The notes beneath the pieces were generated by a model that was not told the DNA's origin, did not search any database, and worked only from the letters and a program-made list of their open reading frames with translations. Made by a program: the position numbers and the translations under genes. DNA of 63,292 nt, the filler included, from Choristocarpus tenellus KU-1152 (Eukaryota; Protista; Phaeophyceae): assembly GCA_964200185.2 (NCBI GenBank). It is 10 parts of 10 records of this genome, joined end to end, with 100 filler letters (N's around TTAATTAATTAA, not from the genome) between each part and the next. Parts side by side here need not be neighbours in the genome. Positions count along the whole stretch, not along the records: positions 1 to 14,255 come from CAXNAD020001244.1; positions 14,356 to 19,106 come from CAXNAD020013201.1; positions 19,207 to 21,740 come from CAXNAD020026983.1; positions 21,841 to 27,023 come from CAXNAD020011590.1; 6 more parts are not named here. One strand, 5' to 3'. Positions 11,720-22,226 of the stretch are shown in pieces. Position 1 is the first letter of the stretch; every line of letters begins with the position of its first letter.

Positions 11720-12170
11720 AAAATCCCAAGTGCTTGTGTGCAGCTACAAGTGTAGAAAGCAGGGTTATCCGTTATCATACCGTTATTGCTGTATGCCAAA
11801 AACTGACACACTGGTTGAGGTTCCTCTGAGGAATCCCGAATTCCAGTGGAGGATCTTTTGTGAGACTGAATCGATAAAATCTCTTCAAGAGACAGTCCCA
11901 CAGATAAGGGAGCTCTCTTCATTCAGAGTTGTCAAACTTCAAAAATTAATATTGTTCTCACATCTTGACATTTCCGATGATCCCCCTCTCATGAGATTCT
12001 CATCACTCCACAATTTTCTGCAAGTCCTTCCAGTCTTGTACTTGACCAACCTTAACCTCATCGTCTCAAGTTATAATTTGTCTTGGTCCGTCTTTCCCAG
12101 TGATCCTCTTCACCACCTTGGCCTGAGTGAACCATACCACAGCAGAATCATACGATTCATGAAAGAATAT
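11720..12170 (-). pseudogene. Degenerate coding repeat of unknown family (second copy at ~53900-54062, + strand)
   Basis: The minus frame contains stops and reads ...SQKILHWNSGFLRGTSTSVSVFGIQQ*RYDNG*PCFLH. The other copy reads IRKTLPWNSGVPDKETSIGITVYGIQQQRYNIQQTCFLH. Confidence 0.55.
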
Positions 12171-12949
12171 GTTGTAACTCAAAGGAAAAAGGAAAAAAAT
12201 GTTCAACACAAAGGACCACTAAAAGTAAAATGATGTTTGTGGCACAAGGGAGGGGTTGAGAGGGGGGATTGTAACAGTATTTCTCTGCAGTCGGGGGGGT
12301 GTCATCTCTCTATCTCGCTCTCCCTGAAATGTAACAAACAGTTACGAGTGTGAGAGGTCCATAAGGACAACAAGAACAAGAACAAGATGCACATACCATA
12401 TTCCGTTGGTTATCTCTACCACAATGCCCAAGTATAGTACCCCCTTGAAAACGTTCAGAAGCAGCAATGGTGCTTCAAACATTGACTACACAAGGAGGTA
12501 GACAACACCCAACAATTTTATTACAAAACTAAGAATAATGGAATAAGAAATACTAGTAATAATCAAGTGAAAGAGAAACAATATTAGTAGTAATAGAAGT
12601 GGTGCGAGCGAACATACCCCATGCAACAATAACACAAAAGAAATAACATGGGGGTAGTTGTCCGCAACGAACAAGGCACAAAGTGTGGAAGAATAAAAAA
12701 AAAAGTAGGAAATGAATATAAACGTGTGCGGGATGCCACTACAAGGACCTCATTCATTCAACAGTTACAAACCAATCGCAGTCTTTGTTGCAGTAGTAGT
12801 AGTTGTAGTAGTAATGGTAGTAGTAACCTCCCATTTTGATTCGGGTGCCTTTTTTTCTACCCATCTTGGCACTTCTTTCCCCTTCCTTCTCTGTCCTATT
12901 CTGGGATGTGAGCGTCACATAGTATGGAGTGAAGGGCTTATTGTCGTAC

Positions 12950-14255
12950 TGTAGGAATGTGTACTGCTTGAGTTTGGAGCGCATCTCGTGGTGGTTGGGG
13001 CTTAGCCACGCCATCTCTAGCCCCTATCCTCGTGCGTGCACTATGATACCCCTTGGTTACAAATCATTCACTCCACAAGAAAGCACGATTCATTCAAAAT
13101 CAGGATTCATCAGGTAATGAGCCTCAACATACATTCCACTCACTTGACCTCATCCTCTACTACCTATTGCCCTCACCGCACCAGGTACCACTACTCCACC
13201 ATCATGGAACGCACACTCCAACTCCCCATTTTTTCTGACGATCACTCCTCCTGGGACACCTTCAAACTGGATTTTGTGGGAATCTTGTGGCACCTTGAGC
13301 ATCGCATTTTGGTCCAGAGCACCTCCCATTCCTCCACCACTACCACCACTACCCCCCCACTACCTATGCTGAAGACACTGACCAGCTGTTTGGCATCCTC
13401 CTTGTTACCTGCCACGGATCTGCCAAGGACCTCCATGGCCTCCAGCAGCACGACTAGATCAATCTCGGCGATGGACTGTCAGCATGGCACACCTTAAAGA
13501 CAAAGTACAAAGCCGCCACGGAACAATGGATGGGTGCTGGTCATCGCAGGTTTGAGCACTGTATGATGGAATCTGGAGAGGACCCTGATCAGCAGCTCCT
13601 GCGCCTCTATAGAGCCAAGGCCAAACTGGAAAGATTTGGCAAAACCATCAGTAAGTTCCGCCTTCGGGCTACTCTGTTCACAGGCCTTTCTACGAAGTAT
13701 GAACTTCTCTGGAGCGAAGTTCGCTTCCGGTCGGACTACTCAACAGAAGATCTCATCACAGCCATCCATGCCACCTACAACAACGACAAAAACCTTGTCG
13801 GCTGTTCAACGGATGGAGCCCCAAACATTGCCCTCACTGCCTAAGTCCACCCCTGCCACCACTTCCACCAACCTAGTCACCGACCACGCCAATGCCCCAA
13901 TCGCACCACTGCTCCCACCCCCACCACATTCACCCCATGCACCTGTCCCACCCAGTGGCACCTGGTGTTCATACCATATGGCGCCCACAAACACCGACCA
14001 AGAATGCTGTGCACAGCACCAACATACCCACCATCCACCCGCCCACCACCCACCACTCCATACTTGTCCACCGCCACTCAAACCGCCACCACATCCACCA
14101 CTACATCCGCTCAGCCAGACGGGTGGGATCCGGATGCCCACGGCCACCACTCCTACTGCTCCTCCACTATCACGACCAACAGCATACCCCCCCATGCACC
14201 TGTCCCACCCAGTGGCACCTGGTGTTCATACCATATGGCGCCCACAAACACCGAC
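12950..14255 (+). mobile_element. Ty1/copia LTR retrotransposon 5' part: short LTR, PBS and decayed gag
   Basis: A TG...CA segment (12950-13112) is followed directly by GGTAATGAGCC, resembling the copia half-tRNAiMet PBS GGTTATGGGCC. A frameshifted gag-like peptide starts at 13204 (DGLSAWHTLKDK; MESGEDPDQQLLRL...LFTGLSTKYE, a UBN2/gag_2-like pattern) and carries a WCSYH..C knuckle-like motif. Truncated by the contig end. The LTR 5' boundary is inferred. Confidence 0.78.
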
Positions 14256-14355
14256 NNNNNNNNNNNNNNNNNNNNNNNNNNNNNNNNNNNNNNNNNNNNT
14301 TAATTAATTAANNNNNNNNNNNNNNNNNNNNNNNNNNNNNNNNNNNNNNNNNNNN
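14256..14355. other. Artificial contig linker N44-TTAATTAATTAA-N44 (also 19107-19206, 21741-21840, 27024-27123, 29904-30003, 38365-38464, 47737-47836, 52764-52863, 57517-57616)
   Basis: The same 100-bp spacer with a six-frame stop palindrome occurs nine times. Confidence 0.98.
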
Positions 14356-15614
14356 CCCAGCCAACCGGAATTCTCCCACCCACAAAACTCAGTTTACTTC
14401 ATAAACTCTCACATTAGTCTGCAATGTCCGTTATCAGAACAACCTTCGGGGGGTAGTTACTCTATAACGTCCATTCGTTGTCAACATCAATTGTCCCAGA
14501 AACAGTACTATATAGTCATTTCCTTTGGAGTGTCCACTGTCCAGGACAAGGCTTAAGGTCGATTCCTCTATAACAACCGTTGTCTAGGACCACAACACTC
14601 GCCGCATTTGTGGTCTAACAACGTTGGCATACACCTGAGCCTCCCAACAGGGGTTATTTGCATTTCGGTTAAGAGAAATTGGATGTAAGGGAAGGGATTC
14701 TAAAGTCCTCAGTACTACTAAAAGGGGAAAATAGACCACCATTCAAGATGCGTTGTTCGGTGACAAATTTCGCCGGACAGTAAGGTGAAATGTGAAACGG
14801 AAAGCGCCATACTAACTTAGATGGGGCGTTAATGTTGGTCCTTTCTTGAGTATTGAGGTTTCTTTCACCTTTCTCCTGAACACCCCACTCCCTTGACTTT
14901 GTAACTCAGTCGCCGTAGGGGGCTTTGGCTGTAGAAGAGGAGATAATCTTTTCATCCACAGAAGTGTGAAATGAGCATGAAATCGCCCTTCAGAGTGCTA
15001 GAAGTGAAATCCGTTCAAATTCGTTCCACAACTTTCGATTGGGTGAAAGAAAGTCCACTGAGTAGGTATCAAGGATGTATGCGGTCTTAAACTTGTCCAG
15101 ATACAGAAGCTGAGTCATCGTATAAGATCATCATCAAGAGCAAACCTTGTCAAGCGTTTGATTATCCCTCTAATATCCCATTAGACCGTGGGGAAACACG
15201 ATGAAATGATCCTCACACCCAGGTGGATGAGGGAATGAAAGTAGTTTTGTGGAAAGTTGATGCCAATGAGAAACAAGGGGGACTAAAGTCATGATCATCT
15301 GATGTACTGACTATGAGGATGATGCAGGTGGAGGTGGTGGTGTAGGCTGCCCGTGGCGTAAAGGTGCGGTGGAGAGATCATTGATCAGGGGATGGCTGAT
15401 CGAACAAAGGGGGCACGGTCTTGCTCCGAATTGGAATCTGGAGGTTTGGTTCCAAAGGGGCGAGGGGTGGCAGGATGGAAAGGAGGCGGAATGGTGGGAT
15501 GGCCAAGGGAAGCTGAGTGCCTGGGGCTGGACGGTTTGCACATGTGCCTCATATAACTCCCTCCAGTGTACTAGAAAATCACATGTAGCAGAAGGCAGTT
15601 ACAAAGGCCTCAAA

Positions 15615-15874
15615 GAGCCAAACTAAACGAGAAGCACCCAGGTTTTGACCGTTTTGCATTTGAAGTCTGTTTTTCAAACTATCGCAATTCACCTATGTTT
15701 CAATGGATGAAGTTCCAAGTTTGACTTGAGAGAGTTCGTTTCTGTATTGTTTGAACTTTTCCAGACACGATTCAGAAAACATCCTATACATATTTGTAAA
15801 AGAACTCGAATTTGGCACATATTTGTCCGCATCCTTAAAATGCAACTCTGGATAACTCTTGTTTACTTCGACTC
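15615..15874. mobile_element. MITE, family B (~260 bp; TIR consensus GAGTCAAAGCAAACGAGAGGTA)
   Basis: Decayed TIRs gagccaaactaaacgagaagcacccag ... ctggataactcttgtttacttcgactc. The interior aligns by eye with 58031-58278. Confidence 0.8.
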
Positions 15875-18015
15875 AATTAATTACTCAACACCACTCACTC
15901 TCCTCTAACATAGGATGACTCTCTAATACGGAATCACAAAAAATGAGCAAATAGGTACAAGGGTTAGATCTTATGCCCTACATGTTTCAAGTGGTACGAA
16001 GATCCACGGCGTGCACACATAAGCAACATCGTAGCATCATGGAATTCTCACATAAGACACATAGATGTAAGCACACATAAAACATTGGAAATTCCCTACT
16101 TTTGAGGTGTTTTATGCACTCGCAGTTAAATCCGTCCCCTGCAACTATGTCCTATCGCGCCAGCAGTTTACGAATATGCATATGCATCAGAAAGTAATGT
16201 TGCATATTTAGACTTTTAATCTCATCTAAGTTGATTATGCAGGAGAGTAGTAGTACCCTTTGCCTGAATACACCGCACATGGATTGGCTAATTCATGCTT
16301 AGTTGTGGTGAGTATCGAGATAAAAGAAGGGCTTGAGTCAATGCTTCTTCTACTGCCTGTACACTAGGCTGTCCAACCTGCCATGATCGTTCATCCAACT
16401 CTCCATACCAATGTCTAGAGCACTCCAACAAAATGTTACCTCCATTGTCAAAAGGACATGTTCTCAATTCTGGAGTTCATGGTGCCTGTTATCTTTTTCT
16501 ACAACACATGAAGTCCAGAAACCCAAACTTGAAATAGAAGCAGAAATTACTCTGCATGGGATGGTGGGCAGTTAGTTCATTCCAGCAATTGGTTACCAAT
16601 GAGGCATGCAAAATTGCAGCAATAGGACTTGAGTAAGCTTCATCTTTCATTGGGACAGAGAAAAATATTGCTTTCCAAGGCAATTCCACTCATCCTCAAA
16701 AAGCTTGTCTTGGGGTATCAAGTTCAATTTGGACAAAAGTCTGAAAACAATGTACACTTGGTGGGGCATGATTTTTTGCCAGGTTGATAAGAGTACATGT
16801 TACATTTCTTTCAGAATAACATTATTATCCTACAAAAATGTGGACATGATCACTACAGATAGTCCCAGACACATGAGCTGGCCAACATTCTTAACTATCC
16901 AATCACTACCCTCTTGACTGCCATCAGGACAGGGGCCAGTGAGCACCAAGTGCATTTTAATATCAATAGTCTCACAAACCTCACACACAAATCTTGATTA
17001 GGTTGTCATTGGCCTTGGTTGCCAAGCAGATAGATACACGGTCAAGTCTCACAAAGACCTGGGTTAAACTTCATAGTGGTTAGCTCTAATTTTGTAGAAT
17101 GTTCGATCTACTGTGCCTTACGACCCAGTCCCTATTCAGCTAAGAGGGTATTGTATAAAATCAACTCAGCGCAACCTCCCCCACATTTCTCATTGCCAAA
17201 CAGCAGGCTCCATGGTCTGGGTTGTCTCTCTCCCCTCCATGTTTGAGAATAAAGTTTCATTAAAAAAATACAAGTTTGACAGTGTGTGTATTCCATGTGT
17301 TAACCCTAGTGCGGATTGCAATATCTATATCAAAATCAGGTTGCCACCACCTTAAAGATCAAGGTCAGATAAGTCATACTTTTTCATTTTGAGTCTATTT
17401 GATTAACACCAGATCCTCAGAGCTCCAAATCTCCTCATTTTCACCTTTGGTCTCATTGTAGGAACTGTATCTTGGCTCTAGTTGCTTTCATCAGCATACC
17501 ATTTTGATTGTCAACTTAACTATCCATCAAAGCGTTTGTTACTTACTCTATATAGTGTTGATGGGCAGGGTACAGGCTCCACTGCAAATCAATGAATAGA
17601 CCAAAAAGGCATGCCTTCTACTAACATCATGTATGACTTGGTCACTTCTTTAACTTTATGAAGCGGGCCTTGAAGAGAGGATGCACCTTTTTGGGGCGTG
17701 ATTCATACTCCATATACCTTGAACCATCTGCCCCAGACAAAGTACCCAGGTTCCCCCGTCGGCGCATGACCTGGAACCAAACCAATTTTTTGTGACAATG
17801 TGATGCAAGGCAATGGATAAGTTGGGGGTGTCAACAAACCGTCTTCCTTCAAACGAAACTGCTGGACATTTCCAATTGCAACACTTTTCAAAAGATCAAC
17901 GGTATCAGATTATTATCATTATTTTGATCCTCGTCATAAACACAAAACATAAAACATCAGGAAGGCCAAGAATGGACACAAAAACACCTATGCAATCACC
18001 ACAGCATTGACCCAC

Positions 18016-18195
18016 CGTGCCCCTTGTTGAACCCTCCCCAATGTCATCCTCATCCTGATTGAGTACCCTTCTCTCCTCTTTCTCTTCCCCATCAGTCGAA
18101 GAGTTTAATATATCACGCAATAGAGTCAGCTCTGCCTTTTGGTCCTGCAGCTTGCTATCAACACGATCTGACTGCGTCACCAGATCAGTCACGAC
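18016..18195 (-). CDS. Probable isolated internal exon (coiled-coil/acidic), gene unknown
   Basis: Acceptor ttccag, then 180 nt open in phase 0 (VVTDLVTQSDRVDSKLQDQKAELTLLRDILNSSTDGEEKEERRVLNQDEDDIGEGSTRGT), then donor gtgggt. No family recognised. Confidence 0.45.
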
Positions 18196-19206
18196 CTGGA
18201 AAAATTACGTCAAGTTCATACAGTAAACGCGACAATGGTTTACAAGGCATTGAAAAAGGTGCATAGAAATAGAGTCATGTAGAGGGTCAAGGTAGGCCTA
18301 AAAGATGTCAAGCAATGACTTAAAAGTGACTGTCAAGAAAAACGGAATGGTACATTTTTGGGTGGGGAACCATTTGAGCCAATACGAGCATCAACTAGAC
18401 TTTCAGTTCTGCCTAATGTCTTCAAGTCATAGAATGTTTCAGGCTCAATATAACAACAAATGGACAGGACACAACAGGTACCCTTTAATATTCAACTACA
18501 GAGGAGCAGCACAGCATATATGAAATACTTTGTACTCTGGAGTATACAGTATCGATCAATATTTTCTCTGAATATATCATCAGGACCCCAGCTTCAACAA
18601 CATACCTTGATTCTATTAGATCAAAGTTCAGTCCATGGGATCTTCTGTCTGCTCACCTTCAGGTACAACACATGAGATCCCCCTGATTCACTCGATAGGA
18701 ATGATATCATCACAATACACAACTGTAGCAGGCCACAACAATAGGTGCACCCCATATTTTGAAAACCTTACAAGTGACAAGAGACATTGCAATCAATTGT
18801 GGCCATGTGCACAAGTTAACCTGGCTAATCTACTCCCACTATAAATGCTTGTGCTGGATAAGAGGAGGGAAGTAAGAGGGTCAGACCTTGAAGGTATACC
18901 CCTGGTCGACAAGATACTGCTGCCGTTTGGAGGAGTAGTACATTTCTGCTGTGTCTGTGCTTACAAGGGTGTAGAAGAAAGCATTGAAGCCTCCATCTGC
19001 ATTGGCCTGACCCCCCCCCCAAAAAAAAAAAGACAACAGGGACGGGGGAAACACACGCAAAAGGAAGGCGAAAGAACATAGAGGGGGCAGCAGGGGCGGG
19101 TTGGGGNNNNNNNNNNNNNNNNNNNNNNNNNNNNNNNNNNNNNNNNNNNNTTAATTAATTAANNNNNNNNNNNNNNNNNNNNNNNNNNNNNNNNNNNNNN
19201 NNNNNN

Positions 19207-19876
19207 CTAGTTTTCCATGCAGGGGCACTTGCGGACGCTGGAACAGCTCCCTACAGGGACAAAGGCCTTCTGATTGATGTTACATTTGCAGAAGTGCAGG
19301 CAACCTCCCATCTTGCAAGCTCATCCACCAGCAATGGCGTAGCTTCTGCTCTAGCTGAGGCGTGAAAACGCACCCACTATGAGGAATATTTTGAACCTTG
19401 TAGTTATAACCTCAGCACCTTCGCAGTAGAAAGTTTTGGGCACCTCGGCAAGTAAGCGGAATGCTTCCTGGATGAGCTAGCTACACACATGGTGGGGGGG
19501 AGAGGAACAGGAGGATATGGGGGGAAAGGAGCAGTCACATACACCTACGCCAAATTGCCTCAGTAATTACGGAAGTGGCACTGTCTAGACGTGTAATGCG
19601 TTTTAAGCTGGAGTCACCAGGGAGATAGGCACGGAAGGATTTGTTGGATTCTTGGGATGTCTCCCTAGCTCCTCGCCCTGAGGCACAGGAATAGGTAGAT
19701 TGGAGACGCAGGAAGGCAGTGGTACGACATAGATATAGTAGTGAAATAACAAATATATTATGTTTTTGACACTTGTGACATATTTTGTTTCCTTAGGGCT
19801 TATACTGACATGTGAATAGTTTTCATTGGTTTCCCCCCTGACACATCTCCAAAATGTCAGAGGGTATAATAATAAA
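19207..19876 (+). mobile_element. 3' end of an RLE-encoding (CRE-like) non-LTR retrotransposon, decayed
   Basis: The frame from 19207 reads LLIDVTFAEVQATSHL...AEA*KRTHY...SYNLSTFAVESFGHLGK*AECFLDELATH. The DVT...AE..K..Y...VES.G pattern is typical of restriction-like endonuclease domains. It is followed by a 3' UTR ending cagagggtataataataa. Confidence 0.8.
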
Positions 19877-20426
19877 AACGAGTAGCCTATGTTTCAACCT
19901 TATAGTCAGCCGATCCAGTCACATTCGCCATCCTTCTCTCTAAACAGTAGGAAGTGGTGTGTCGATTCGCATGATCAGCAAGCAATTTACAGTGAGGTGC
20001 CAGAAACGGAGTTTTGTTACAGGCGAATAGCACGAGCATTATTTCTTCTCATGTTTTTAGCAAACACGAACATTTGTGACAGATGTATAGTGCAAGGATT
20101 GTTTCTCGCATTCTAACAAGTGCGAACAATATACGATATTAGTAACACATAGGTAGCCTTACAGAGTAAATAAATGATGATTTCGTAGAAGATACAGAGC
20201 AAGGTTCGGAATACCTACGTAACATTACAGAAGAAGATGTTAAAGTCCCTAAGAAGTTGCAGAATAAAGGTTTGTGATTGGAGTACGTGTAGAGCAGTTG
20301 CATAGAAGACCAAAGAAATTGGGTGGATGATGAAAATAATAAGAACCAAAACCATGCCCCTTACCTCCAGTCTTTATCTTTATCTTGAACGAAACTTTGA
20401 GTCGAGCTTTGAGCTAAGCACTGAGT

Positions 20427-20682
20427 GAGTCAAAGTATCTTAGAGGGTAGACCCGCGTCCATTTGGGAATCAAAATCCAAGTTGCGACTCTTATGTAATT
20501 TGGGCTGTTGTGTTTGTTAAATAGTGTCAATACCCTTGTTCCAGACCCACTTTCGCATAACATGTACATTTTACCTATTCCAAAATATTTTGGAGTAAAA
20601 AATGTCGCAAAAACCCCTAGGGACGTCAAGTACCAAATGGACAAACAGGGCAAAAGTCGTACCCTCTAAGATACTGTCACTC
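20427..20682. mobile_element. MITE, family A (~258 bp; TIR GAGTCAAAGTATCTTAGAGGGTA)
   Basis: TIR gagtcaaagtatcttagagggta ... taccctctaagatactgtcactc. Interior homologous to 42227-42489 and 56207-56464. TSD imperfect. Confidence 0.88.
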
Positions 20683-21279
20683 AGTGGAATATCAAGAAGA
20701 GAAGGACACCTGACACCCTACAAACTGTTATCAAGGGCAACGCCCCCATAGCATCATTTTAAGGACGTTGGATTTGAGTTGTACATCCTGTGGAGGTGAC
20801 TTCTGAGGGGCGCCTGTAACAGTTTGGCTTCGAAGGAGAGGAAGCCTGGTGTAGAAAGAAAAATAACATACAGCGGTAGAAAAGAGTATTTATTTTGGTT
20901 TGGGAAAGGAGAGGTTCAATGAACATTGTGAGGAGATGGGGCAAAGGTAAGACAGGATCGTTGGTTGTTGTGAGAGGTGGGGTGATGAAAATCATTGTGC
21001 CCGCTAAACCAGAGGGCCAGCAAGTTAACAGGATGGGACAAAAAGGTTTCCCTAAGGGTTGAACGTCTTGGTGAGTGACCGGGTTAAGGTTGTACCCCGA
21101 TTCTCAAGGGCCGAAAGGGATGAATACGTATTTTAACAGTGTGCACAGGTGCACACTCACAAACTCCTTTTGTAGAAGGTGTACAGTGGTCGCAGTATCC
21201 ATACCTATCCAGAAGTGACAGAGTGTGATATTACAACTGATTATGTCGACTGGCGGATATAGAAGGAAAGGAGCGACCA

Positions 21280-21740
21280 ATTAGTCTCAGTAACAACGCA
21301 AGTGGCACTGTCTAGATGTGGAATGCGTTTTAAGCTGGAGTCACCAGCGAGATGGGCTCCGAGGGGTTTGTTGGATTCTTGGGATGCCTCCCTAGCTCCC
21401 CATTTTGGGGTACAAAAATAGGTAGATTTGAGGGACAGGAAGGTAGTGGTACAACATAGTGGTGAAATAACAAATAGATATTGTTATTATGCCCTCTGAT
21501 ATTTTGCAGATTTGTCAGGGGAAAACAAATGAAAACTATACATATGTCAGTATAAGCCCTAAATAAAATAAAATATCATAAATGTGAAAACACTATTAAA
21601 AACTGTAAGTGTGAAAACCACTAATCTATCAGTTACTTCACTATCAATATTGTACTACTGTCTTCCTGTGCTTCCCATCTACCTACTCCTGCACCCTGGG
21701 GGGGGGAGCTAGGGAGGCATCCCAAGAATCCAACAAACCC
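21280..21740. mobile_element. Two further 3'-end fragments of the CRE-like LINE: a + copy ~21280-21480 and an abutting - copy ~21481-21740
   Basis: 21284-21480 matches 19558-19760. The reverse complement of 21481-21740 matches 19640-19876, including the terminal TAA tail. Confidence 0.8.
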
Positions 21741-21840
21741 NNNNNNNNNNNNNNNNNNNNNNNNNNNNNNNNNNNNNNNNNNNNTTAATTAATTAANNNN
21801 NNNNNNNNNNNNNNNNNNNNNNNNNNNNNNNNNNNNNNNN

Positions 21841-21871
<31 letters not shown>

Positions 21872-22226
21872 CATACATACATACATACATACATACACCA
21901 GTGGTTATGTTACGTGTTTTGGTTTGGTCAGCATGTTCCGATATGGCTACGTATGGTATTTCTTTCACAGTATATTATATATATTAAAAAAAATACAGCC
22001 ATGTAGTCCTGGAGATATTTATGTGATAATGCCACACTGCTCAGCCGAACTCTGATCTTTTTGATCCAACAGAATTGGGTATATATATCTATATCTATAT
22101 CTATATCTATATCTATATTGGATTTTTTAACCATTCCTCCCCCCCCCCCCTGACCCCCCTCCCCACCCTCGAAAAGTCCCGACTTTAGACTGCTGACACT
22201 CTTTGTATGCACTCACACCATGGCAG

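Noticed and set aside
14300-14311. Recurrent palindrome TTAATTAATTAA as a biological repeat or array
   Set aside because: It is always centred in exactly 88 Ns, so it is an artificial six-frame-stop contig linker.
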